The position numbers and the translations under genes were made by a program. Source: Candidatus Aldehydirespirator sp. (GTDB lineage: Bacteria; Actinomycetota; Acidimicrobiia; Acidimicrobiales; Aldehydirespiratoraceae). Taken from it: a stretch of DNA of 64,000 nt. The DNA is taken from assembly GCA_965220645.1 (NCBI GenBank), contig OZ244836.1:1152237-1216236 (forward strand). The letters run 5' to 3'. Positions 1-8,128 of this stretch are shown piece by piece (position 1 is the first letter of the stretch; the number at the start of each line of letters is the position of its first letter). The notes beneath the pieces are model-generated. The model saw nothing but the letters and a program-made list of their open reading frames with translations. It did not search any database and had not been told where the DNA came from.

Positions 1-328
1 ACGCGACGACCCGTCGGTCGCCCACTACTTCGACCCCGACGCCGACATGAACGAGACGATCTTCTCGGACGGGTACGACGAGTTCCGGACCCGGGTGGAG
101 CGGGGCTTCGAGCATGTGATCAGCACCAAACGGTCGCGCACTGTGGCCGTGTACTGCCACGGCATGGTCACTGGTGTGTACCTGCAGATCCTGCTCGGTA
201 TCGACGACCCGCTGTCGCTGCTGGTCGACTACTGCGGCATCACCCGGGTAGTGGCGTCCAGCACCGGCCTGCGCACGGTGCGCTCCGTGAACGAGACCCA
301 CCACGTGCGTCACCTGCTGGAGCGCTGA
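1..328 (+). CDS. histidine phosphatase (phosphoglycerate mutase-like) family protein, C-terminal fragment cut by window start
   Basis: Frame 2 is open from nt 2 with no stop before the ATG at 47. The tail contains VYCHGMVTGV, which resembles the SHGG-type motif of histidine phosphatases. Confidence 0.5.
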   Translation, partial: RDDPSVAHYFDPDADMNETIFSDGYDEFRTRVERGFEHVISTKRSRTVAVYCHGMVTGVYLQILLGIDDPLSLLVDYCGITRVVASSTGLRTVRSVNETHHVRHLLER

Positions 329-333
329 AGGGC

Positions 334-1182
334 ATGTTCACGCTGGTGGTGATGGCCGCCGGCATCGGTCGCCGCTTCGGCGGTGACAAGCAGCTCGTCG
401 AGGTGGGGCCCGGCGGCGAGACCTTCCTTGACTACGCCATCGTCGGGGCCGTCCGAGCGGGCGCCTCCAGGGTGGTGCTCGTGGTGCGCTCCGAGATCGA
501 GCCCGCGCTACGCACCCATGTTGACGCCCGCCACCACGACCTGCAGCGCGACGGCGTCGAGTTCGCCTATGTCCGCCAGGACGCGCACGGCCCGCCCCGG
601 GTCAAACCGTGGGGAACTGCACAGGCGGTGCTGGTGGCCGAAGCCGAGGTACCCGGGCCGTTCGTGGTGTGCAACGCCGACGATTACTACGGCCCCTCCG
701 CGCTGCGCACCCTTGCGTCCGCTGCGGCTGAACTCGGCGACGACGAGGCCTGCTTGTGTGGATACGGCCTCGGGAGCACGCTCTCCGCGACGGGTGCCGT
801 CAGCCGCGGCGTCTGCCGGGTGTCCGACGGCCGCCTCGTCGCCATCGTCGAGCACCACGGCGTGGCCCGGCGCGCCGATGGGTCGATCGCGGCTGCCGAG
901 CCCTCTGCGGAACTCAGCGAGGAGACCATCGTGTCCATGAACCTGTGGGCCTTCCCGAAGGCGGCGTTCGAGTGGATCGGCAACAGCTTCGAGCGATTCC
1001 TGGCAGACCACCGAGACGACGCCGACTCCGAGTGCCTGCTGCCGACGATCGTCGCTGAGCGCATGGCCGAGCGATCGCTGTCCGTCAGGGTGGTATCCAC
1101 CACCGAGCCGTGGATAGGGGTAACCAACCCAGATGACCTGGAAGCGGCTCGTGCCGCACTAGCCGGCCGGGCCGGCCGCTGA
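334..1182 (+). CDS. nucleotidyltransferase (NTP_transferase fold) family protein
   Basis: N-terminal MAAGIGRRFGGDKQL glycine-rich loop typical of sugar-phosphate/MobA-like nucleotidyltransferases. Overlapping alternative-frame ORFs are Arg/Pro-rich artefacts. Confidence 0.6.
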   Translation: MFTLVVMAAGIGRRFGGDKQLVEVGPGGETFLDYAIVGAVRAGASRVVLVVRSEIEPALRTHVDARHHDLQRDGVEFAYVRQDAHGPPRVKPWGTAQAVLVAEAEVPGPFVVCNADDYYGPSALRTLASAAAELGDDEACLCGYGLGSTLSATGAVSRGVCRVSDGRLVAIVEHHGVARRADGSIAAAEPSAELSEETIVSMNLWAFPKAAFEWIGNSFERFLADHRDDADSECLLPTIVAERMAERSLSVRVVSTTEPWIGVTNPDDLEAARAALAGRAGR

Positions 1183-1308
1183 CCCGGAGGGAGCCACCTA
1201 ACCGGACCGCTTGACCGGGCGGCCAAGATTTGCCCCCTATTCATTCGACAGCGGCTCAATTCCGCGACAGGATGTCCCTCCCCAACCGGTCAACACAGGG
1301 AGAAGCGC

Positions 1309-1779
1309 ATGACAGCTGTGACCCTGACCGTCAACGGCACCGAACGGAGCCTCGACGTGGAGCCGCGCACCCTGCTGGTGCACGCGCTTCGCGACGACCT
1401 AGGGCTCACGGGCACGAACGTCGGCTGCGACTCCAGCAGCTGCGGTGCGTGCACGGTGCTGGTGGACGGCCAATCCGCCAAGTCCTGCACCATGTTCGCG
1501 GTGCAAGCCGACGGTGCCGACGTCACCACCATCGAGGGTGTCGCCGACGCCGACGGGACGCTGCACCCCATGCAGCAGGCGTTCCATGAGCACCACGCCC
1601 TGCAGTGCGGCTACTGCACTCCGGGCATGGTCATGGCCGCCATCTCGCTGGTGGAGGAGTACTCCGGCCTCGACGAGGGCGGCGTGCGCCACGGCCTGGA
1701 GGGCAACCTCTGCCGCTGCACCGGCTACCAGAACATCGTCGACGCCGTGCTCGCCGCGGCAGGCTCGGGAGGCGACTGA
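1309..1779 (+). CDS. coxS: [2Fe-2S]-binding small subunit of a xanthine dehydrogenase/CO dehydrogenase family molybdoenzyme
   Basis: Two cluster motifs are present: [12 protein letters not shown], and QCGYCTPGM ... CRCTGYQNI. Confidence 0.9.
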   Translation: MTAVTLTVNGTERSLDVEPRTLLVHALRDDLGLTGTNVGCDSSSCGACTVLVDGQSAKSCTMFAVQADGADVTTIEGVADADGTLHPMQQAFHEHHALQCGYCTPGMVMAAISLVEEYSGLDEGGVRHGLEGNLCRCTGYQNIVDAVLAAAGSGGD

Positions 1780-1780
1780 C

Positions 1781-4171
1781 ATGACCATCACCGAAGACGC
1801 TCCGGCCGGTCACGTCGGCTCCCGCCGGCTCCGCAAGGAGGATCCGGCTCTGCTCACCGGCGAGGCCAAGTTCATCGACGACCTCGCCCTGCCCGGCGCG
1901 ATCTGGGTGGGCGTGGTGCGCTCCACCGAGGCTCACGCCAACATCGTCGGCATCGACGGCTCGGCTGCGCTCGAGATCGACGGTGTCAACGAAGTGCTCA
2001 GCGGCGACGACCTGGCTCCGCTGTGGGGCGAGGGCGCCCTGCCGTGCGCCTGGCCGGTAACGCCCGACATGAAGAACCCGGCTCACTTGCCGGTGGCCCG
2101 GGGCACAGCCAAGTACGTGGGCGACGCAGTGGCGGTTGTCCTAGCCGACTCCCGCTACGCGGCAGCCGACGGCGCTGCGGCTGTCATCGTGGACTACGAG
2201 CCGCTGCCCGCGGTGGTCGAGATCGAGGACGCCGTCGCCGACGGTGCGCCGCTGGTCCACGCCGACCTCGAGTCCAACGAGTGCTACACGTGGGGGCTCT
2301 GGGGCGACAACGCCGCGGCCGTGGACGCCGCGTTCGCGGAGGCCGCCCATGTGGTGAGCGAGCGCTACCTGCAGCAGCGCCTCATTCCGGCGCCGATGGA
2401 GCCCCGAGGCTGCGCGGCGGTGCCGTCGCCGGCCGGCGGCGAGCTCACGCTGTACTCGTCCACCCAGATACCGCACATTCTCAAGGTGATGACCGCGGTC
2501 GTGCTCGGCATCGGTGAGAACAAGCTGCGGGTGGTGGCCCCGTCGGTGGGCGGCGGCTTCGGCTGCAAGCTCAACGTCTACGCCGAGGAGATCCTGTGCA
2601 GCGCTCTCGCGATGCAGCGGGGCGCTCCGGTGCGCTGGACCGAGGGCCGCACCGAGGGCGCCACCTCCACCATCCAGGGCCGGGGCCAGGTCCAGCACAT
2701 CGAGCTGGCCGCCGATGCTGACGGCAAGGTGCAGGCCGTGCGGGTGAAGCTGCTGGCCGACATGGGCGCCTACCTGCAGCTGGTCACGCCGGGCGTGCCG
2801 CTGCTGGGCGGGTTCCTGTACCACGGCTGCTACGACATCGGTCTCTACCTGTTCGAGTGCACGTCGGTGTTCACCAACCGCACGCCTACCGACGCCTACC
2901 GGGGTGCAGGCCGGCCCGAGGCCACCTACGCCATCGAGCGGGCCATGGACTCGATGGCCGTGGCCGTCGGGGTGTCACCCGAGGAGATCAGGGCCCGCAA
3001 CTTCATCCAGTCCGACGCCTTCCCCTACGAGTCGGCCGCGGGGCTGGTCTTCGACAGCGGCGACTACCAGGCCGTGCTCGACAAGGCGATCGCGCTGGCC
3101 GGGCTCTCCGGACGCCGGGCCGAGCAGGAGCAACGGCAGGCCGGGGGCTCCTCCAAGCGGATCGGAATCGGCTTCTCCAGCTATGTGGAGATGTGCGGTC
3201 TGGCCCCCAGCCGGGTGCTGGCGTCACTCGATTACGGCGCGGGCGGCTGGGAGGCGGCCACCGTGCGGATCTCGCCCACTTGCAAGGTGCAGGTGGTGAC
3301 CGGCTCCACGCCGCATGGCCAGGGCCATGAGACGTGCTGGTCGATGATCGTGGCCGACAAGCTCGGCGTCGATCCCGACGACGTCGAGGTCCTGCACTCC
3401 GACACCGCGGTCAGTCCCACCGGCCTGGACACCTACGGGTCTCGGTCGCTGGCTGTCGGCGGCACCGCGGTCTACATGGCCACCGAGAAGGTGATCGACA
3501 AGGCGCGGGCCATCGCCGCCCACCAGCTGGAGGCCAGCGAGGACGACCTGGAGTTCTCCGGCGGCACCTTCCGGGTTCGGGGCACGCCCGAGGCCGAGGT
3601 GCCGCTGGCCGGAATCGCCTTCGCGGCGTTCACTGCGCACGACCTGCCTGACGGGATGGAGCCCAACCTCGAGGCCCACGTCACCTACGACCCGCCCAAC
3701 TTCACGTTCCCCAACGGCACCCACATCGCCGTGGTGGAGGTCGACACCGACACCGGGAACGTGGACTTGATCGACTACGTGGCGGTGGATGACTGCGGCG
3801 TTCAGATCAACCCGCTGATCGTGGAGGGCCAGGTGCACGGGGGCATCCTGCAGGGCGCGGCCCAGGCGCTGTACGAGGACGCCGTCTACAACTCCGACGG
3901 CCAGCTGGTGTCGGCCAACCTGGCCGACTACCTGGTGCCGTCGGCGGCGGAGGCGCCCCGCTTCCGGCTCGACAGCCACGCCTCGCCCAGCCCCACCAAC
4001 CCGATGGGGGTCAAGGGAGTGGGTGAGGCCGGGACCATTGCGGCTGCCCCCGCGGTGATCAACGCCGTGGTGGACGCGCTGCGCGACCTGGGTGTGACCG
4101 ACGTGCCTATGCCGGCGTCGCCCCAGACCGTTTGGAGAGCCATTGCCGATGCCCAAGGAGGTGCGTCGTGA
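1781..4171 (+). CDS. coxL: molybdopterin-binding large subunit, form-II CoxL-like
   Basis: ATG 1781 lies 1 nt after the coxS stop. N-terminus reads RRLRKEDPALLTGEAKFIDD and the length is ~796 aa. The active-site loop reads AYRGAGR. Confidence 0.9.
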   Translation: MTITEDAPAGHVGSRRLRKEDPALLTGEAKFIDDLALPGAIWVGVVRSTEAHANIVGIDGSAALEIDGVNEVLSGDDLAPLWGEGALPCAWPVTPDMKNPAHLPVARGTAKYVGDAVAVVLADSRYAAADGAAAVIVDYEPLPAVVEIEDAVADGAPLVHADLESNECYTWGLWGDNAAAVDAAFAEAAHVVSERYLQQRLIPAPMEPRGCAAVPSPAGGELTLYSSTQIPHILKVMTAVVLGIGENKLRVVAPSVGGGFGCKLNVYAEEILCSALAMQRGAPVRWTEGRTEGATSTIQGRGQVQHIELAADADGKVQAVRVKLLADMGAYLQLVTPGVPLLGGFLYHGCYDIGLYLFECTSVFTNRTPTDAYRGAGRPEATYAIERAMDSMAVAVGVSPEEIRARNFIQSDAFPYESAAGLVFDSGDYQAVLDKAIALAGLSGRRAEQEQRQAGGSSKRIGIGFSSYVEMCGLAPSRVLASLDYGAGGWEAATVRISPTCKVQVVTGSTPHGQGHETCWSMIVADKLGVDPDDVEVLHSDTAVSPTGLDTYGSRSLAVGGTAVYMATEKVIDKARAIAAHQLEASEDDLEFSGGTFRVRGTPEAEVPLAGIAFAAFTAHDLPDGMEPNLEAHVTYDPPNFTFPNGTHIAVVEVDTDTGNVDLIDYVAVDDCGVQINPLIVEGQVHGGILQGAAQALYEDAVYNSDGQLVSANLADYLVPSAAEAPRFRLDSHASPSPTNPMGVKGVGEAGTIAAAPAVINAVVDALRDLGVTDVPMPASPQTVWRAIADAQGGAS

Positions 4172-4986
4172 TTCCCGCTGCTTTCGACTACGAGGTTGCC
4201 GAGTCCGCCGACCACGCGATTTCGTTGCTGGCCGAGCACGGCGACGACGCCAAGCTCCTGGCCGGGGGCCACAGCCTGATACCGATGATGCGGTACCGGC
4301 TGGCCACGCCGAGCGTTCTGGTGGACGTGGGCCGTCTCGACGACCTGCGCTACATCCGGGCCGGCAACGGCACGGTGTCGATCGGGGCGCTGACCCGCCA
4401 CAGCGAGCTGGAGCACTCGGCCGCGCTGGCCGCAGCCTGCCCGATGCTGGCCTCGGTGGCCGCGCTGGTGGGCGACCCGGCGGTGCGCCACCGGGGCACC
4501 CTCGGCGGCACCCTTGCCCACGCTGATCCGGCGTCGGATCTGCCGGCGGCCGTGCTGGCGCTGGGCGGCACGATCGTGGCCCAGGGGCCGGGAGGGTCGC
4601 GTGAGATCGCGGCCACGGACTTCTTCACCGGGTACTTCGAGTCGGTGCTGGCCGACGACGAGATGATCACCGAGGTGCGGGTCCCGTCCGGCGGAGGCGG
4701 CTGGAACTACCAGAAGTTCAACCGCCGGGCCCAGGACTGGGCCATCGTCGGGGTGGCCGTGGCCGACAGCGGCGCCGGTGTGAGCCTGGTCAACATGGGC
4801 TCCACGCCGGTTCGGGCCTCCGGAGTTGAGGCCGCGCTCGCGGGCGGCGCCTCAGCCGCCGACGCGGCCGCGGCAGCCGCCGACGGGCTCGACCCCCCCG
4901 ACGACCTCAACGCCGACGCCGACTACCGCAGCCACTTGGCCAGGGTGCTAACCGAGCGGGCCCTCAACGCCGCCGGAGTGGCATAA
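4168..4986 (+). CDS. coxM: FAD-binding medium subunit of the molybdoenzyme (CoxM-like)
   Basis: GTG 4168 overlaps the coxL stop (GTGA). Contains the LLAGGHSLIPMM FAD-binding motif. Confidence 0.85.
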   Translation: MIPAAFDYEVAESADHAISLLAEHGDDAKLLAGGHSLIPMMRYRLATPSVLVDVGRLDDLRYIRAGNGTVSIGALTRHSELEHSAALAAACPMLASVAALVGDPAVRHRGTLGGTLAHADPASDLPAAVLALGGTIVAQGPGGSREIAATDFFTGYFESVLADDEMITEVRVPSGGGGWNYQKFNRRAQDWAIVGVAVADSGAGVSLVNMGSTPVRASGVEAALAGGASAADAAAAAADGLDPPDDLNADADYRSHLARVLTERALNAAGVA

Positions 4987-5023
4987 GCGCTGATTGACGC
5001 CCCGCCGGCCGGGCGGTTTGGTC

Positions 5024-6037
5024 TCAGGCGCCGCCCTCGGGAATCGTGACGACGATCTTGCCGATGTGCTCGCCGGCCTGCTGTACCCGTTGTGCCTCGG
5101 CCAGCTCGGTCCAGTCGAGTGTGTGGCTGACATGGGGGCGCAGCCTTGAGTCCATGGCAGCAGCCAGGTCGCGCAGGGCGGCCACGCTGCCCACGGCGAT
5201 GCCTTGAAGCTTGATCTGACGGGTCATCACCGACGTCACCGGGACCTGCGCTGCGCCGAAGCCCGACAGCACCCCGATGACCGCGACGGTGCCGTCGATG
5301 CGGGCTGCCTTGACCGACTGGGCCAGGGTGTGCTCGCCGCCGAGGTCGATCACCAAGTCGGCGCCCCGGCCGCCGGTGATGTCGATGACGGTCTTGTGCC
5401 ACTCCGGGGTCGAGCGGTAGTTGATGAGATGGTCCGCGCCGAGGAAGCGGGCGGTCTCGAGCTTCGCGTCCGACGACGAGGTGATGATCACGGTGGCGCC
5501 GCTGGCTGCAGCCAACTGCACCGCGTAGAGCGACACCCCGCCGGTTCCCTGCGTGACCACCACGTCCCCGGGCTTGACGTCGCCTGCGCGTAGGGCGCTC
5601 CAAGCAGTGACGCCGGCACAAACGAGCGTGGCCGCCTCGCCGTCGCTGAGGTGGGCCGGCGCTGCGACCAGGGCGTTCGCCGGGCACACCATGTGCTGCT
5701 GGAGCCATCCGTCGCCGGTGTCGCCCGGCGTGACTCGCAACTTCTCCCGGGTCAGGGGCCCGTCGAGCCACAACGGATGGAACGCACCCAGCACCCGGTC
5801 GCCTACGGCCACGTCCCGCACATCGGACGCCACCGCCACAACCTCGCCGCAGCCGTCGGTCATGGGCACCCGGGGCCAGGGACCCCGGATCAGTCCCATC
5901 AGGTTGACCAGATCGTGGTAGTTCATGCTTGAGGCCCGCACCGCCACCACGGCTTGGCCGAGCCCGGGCTCGGGCACAGGGCGATTCTCGGGCCGGGGCG
6001 GCTCACCCGGGCCGTCCATCACCATGGCAATGCTCAT
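5024..6037 (-). CDS. NADPH:quinone oxidoreductase / zinc-independent MDR family oxidoreductase
   Basis: Contains VAVRASSMNYHDL, the GTGGVSLYAVQLAAASGA Rossmann motif, and a C-terminal GKIVVTI. The start is chosen at MSIAMVMDG (6037); ATG 6067 is also possible. Confidence 0.8.
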   Translation of the reverse strand: MSIAMVMDGPGEPPRPENRPVPEPGLGQAVVAVRASSMNYHDLVNLMGLIRGPWPRVPMTDGCGEVVAVASDVRDVAVGDRVLGAFHPLWLDGPLTREKLRVTPGDTGDGWLQQHMVCPANALVAAPAHLSDGEAATLVCAGVTAWSALRAGDVKPGDVVVTQGTGGVSLYAVQLAAASGATVIITSSSDAKLETARFLGADHLINYRSTPEWHKTVIDITGGRGADLVIDLGGEHTLAQSVKAARIDGTVAVIGVLSGFGAAQVPVTSVMTRQIKLQGIAVGSVAALRDLAAAMDSRLRPHVSHTLDWTELAEAQRVQQAGEHIGKIVVTIPEGGA

Positions 6038-6191
6038 GAGCAGAGATTGCCCACGGCGGGTTGCCAACGGTTCGCGTCTGTGCGTAACCGTTCGACCCTC
6101 ACCGGCAGCAGGCTACGGCACCCGAGGATGTACCTCGATCGGCGGCGGACGCGATAGTGCGATCGAGCGGGCGACGGGCAACACTGGCGGC

Positions 6192-7772
6192 ATGTCTCGA
6201 CTTCCTTCTGCCGTCACCCGCACCTCGGTGTCAGGGATGGTCTCGACCGTCGACCACCTGGCCACCGGCGTGGGGGTGGACCTGCTGCGAAGGGGCGGAT
6301 CAGCCGCGGACGCGGCGGTGGGGGCCAACGCGGTGCTGGCGGTTACGTCTCCCCACATGTGTGGGCCCGGTGGCGACGTGTGGGCGCTGGTGCACGACGG
6401 GGGAGAGGGCCCTCCGGTTGCGCTCGACGCAGCCGGGTTCGCGGGCTCGGGAGCCGATCCCGAGCGGCTGCGGGCGCAGGGTTGTGACGAAATGCCGCTG
6501 CACGGCGACGTCGCCTCGGTCACCGTGCCCGGCGCGGTGGACGGCTGGCTGGCCCTGCACTCCCGGTACGGGCGCCTGCCGCTGGCCGACGTCCTGGCCG
6601 AGGCCGTCCGCATCGCCGATGTCGGGTTCACGGCCTCGCCGCTGCTGGCCGAACGAGCCGGCGAGGTGTCCGGCGTGGACGGCAACACCGATGTCCCGGC
6701 CGGCCTGCAGGCCGGCGATGTGGTGCGGCGGCCGGGCACAGCCCGTGCGTTCAGGGCCATCATCGAGCGGGGCCGTGACGGTTTCTACGGCGGCGAATTT
6801 GGCGAGGGCCTCATCGCGCTCGGCGCCGGCGAGTACAGCGAGGACGACCTGGCCCGGCCGATCGCCCGCTGGGTGGAGCCGGTGCGGGCTGAGGCCTTTG
6901 GCCATGTGCTGTGGACGGTTCCGCCTACGTCTCAGGGCTACCTCACCTTGGCCGGTGCATGGATTGCCGGCGGTCTTGACTTGGGTGACTCCGACGACGG
7001 CCGCTGGGCCCATCTGCTGATCGAGGCGGCCTCACATGCTGCCCACGACCGGGTCGGGGTGCTGTACGACGGCGCCGACGGCCAGGCGCTGGTAGATCCG
7101 GCCCGGCTCGGTGCCCGGCGCGACGGAATCGACCCCGAACGGGCCTCCAACGTCGCCGCTCCCGCGGCCATGGGCGACACCACGTATCTGTGCGCGGTGG
7201 ACGGCGACGGCATGGGCGTGTCGCTCATCAACTCCAACGCCAACGGCTTCGGCGCGCTGCTGATGGCCGGCAGCACGGGGATCTTCCTGCACGACCGGGG
7301 CCTCGGCTTCAACTTGGTGCCCGGCCATCCGGCTGAGTACGGGCCGGGCCGCCGCCCGGCCCACACCCTGTCCCCGGCGCTGGTCGCCAACTCCGACGGC
7401 TCACTGCGCCAGGTGCTGGGCACGATGGGAGGCGACTCCCAGCCCCAGATCCTGTTGCAGCTTCTGGCCCGCACCCTGGGGCTCGGCCAGTCGCCGGGCG
7501 CGGCCATCCGCGCTCCCCGCTGGGTGCTCGGCCCCGACGACCACGACGCCGGCTTTGCCACGTGGCGCCCCGGCCAGGGTCGGCGGGTGCTTGTCGAGGA
7601 TTCCGCCACCGGCTGGCACGAGTCCCTAGCTGCCCGCGGCCACAAGACCGCCCTGCGCGAGGAGGCGCCCCACACCTTCGGCCACGCCCACCTCATCGAG
7701 GTCACCGAGCACGGCACCCTCGCGGGAGCCGCCGACCCCAGAGCCCAAATCGGAGTAGCCGCCGGCCTCTAG
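6192..7772 (+). CDS. ggt: gamma-glutamyltransferase family protein
   Basis: Starts MSRLPSAV... with MVSTVDHLATGVGVDLLRRGGSAADAAV. The nucleophile region reads GDTTYLCAVD. The ORF extension back to 5925 overlaps the oxidoreductase on the other strand. Confidence 0.85.
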   Translation: MSRLPSAVTRTSVSGMVSTVDHLATGVGVDLLRRGGSAADAAVGANAVLAVTSPHMCGPGGDVWALVHDGGEGPPVALDAAGFAGSGADPERLRAQGCDEMPLHGDVASVTVPGAVDGWLALHSRYGRLPLADVLAEAVRIADVGFTASPLLAERAGEVSGVDGNTDVPAGLQAGDVVRRPGTARAFRAIIERGRDGFYGGEFGEGLIALGAGEYSEDDLARPIARWVEPVRAEAFGHVLWTVPPTSQGYLTLAGAWIAGGLDLGDSDDGRWAHLLIEAASHAAHDRVGVLYDGADGQALVDPARLGARRDGIDPERASNVAAPAAMGDTTYLCAVDGDGMGVSLINSNANGFGALLMAGSTGIFLHDRGLGFNLVPGHPAEYGPGRRPAHTLSPALVANSDGSLRQVLGTMGGDSQPQILLQLLARTLGLGQSPGAAIRAPRWVLGPDDHDAGFATWRPGQGRRVLVEDSATGWHESLAARGHKTALREEAPHTFGHAHLIEVTEHGTLAGAADPRAQIGVAAGL

Positions 7773-8000
7773 CCCTCACCCATCAGGTCGGGATGTCGCT
7801 CGGCTGCACCACTTCGACCTCGACCGCCACATGGTCGGCTACGACGCTCCCGGCAACTTCCCACACTTCAGCCAAACCGCGGGCCTGACTGACGAGCATG
7901 TTGGCGGGAAGGCGGAACCCGCTGCCGGATGGAAGTCCTCTAGCCCAACAAGTCCACGCTGCATCTCTCCGGCGTCACACCCGTAGCGGCACTCCCTCTA

Positions 8001-8042
8001 CGATCCGAACCGACTCGACGATCCGAACCGACTCGACAATCC
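8001..8042. repeat. 18-bp tandem direct repeat (2 perfect units plus a 6-nt partial third) upstream of the ABC lipoprotein gene
   Basis: cgatccgaaccgactcga occurs at 8001..8018 and identically at 8019..8036, followed by caatcc. Confidence 0.9.
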
Positions 8043-8128
8043 TGCGGCACCGGGCTAGCTTTCGATCCCCATTTCAGAGTGGAACTGCAATGGGCTCAGC
8101 AACATGGCGAATTCCTGGAGGTAAGTCC

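Noticed and set aside
4998-5020. Possible bidirectional terminator between coxM and the convergent oxidoreductase (ccgcc ggccg ggcgg ttt)
   Set aside because: The stem is only 5 bp and the T-tract only 3 nt, which is too weak to call.
5925-6191. Upstream extension of the GGT ORF (615 aa from 5925)
   Set aside because: It overlaps the 5-prime part of the oxidoreductase gene on the opposite strand and has no GGT-like sequence. MSRLPS at 6192 gives a normal N-terminus.
7783-7898. 38-codon minus-strand ORF (MLVSQARGLAEVWEVAGSVVADHVAVEVEVVQPSDIPT) in the long GGT-SBP intergenic region
   Set aside because: It is too short, has no RBS or recognisable family, and I cannot distinguish it from chance or from a gene remnant without homology searches.
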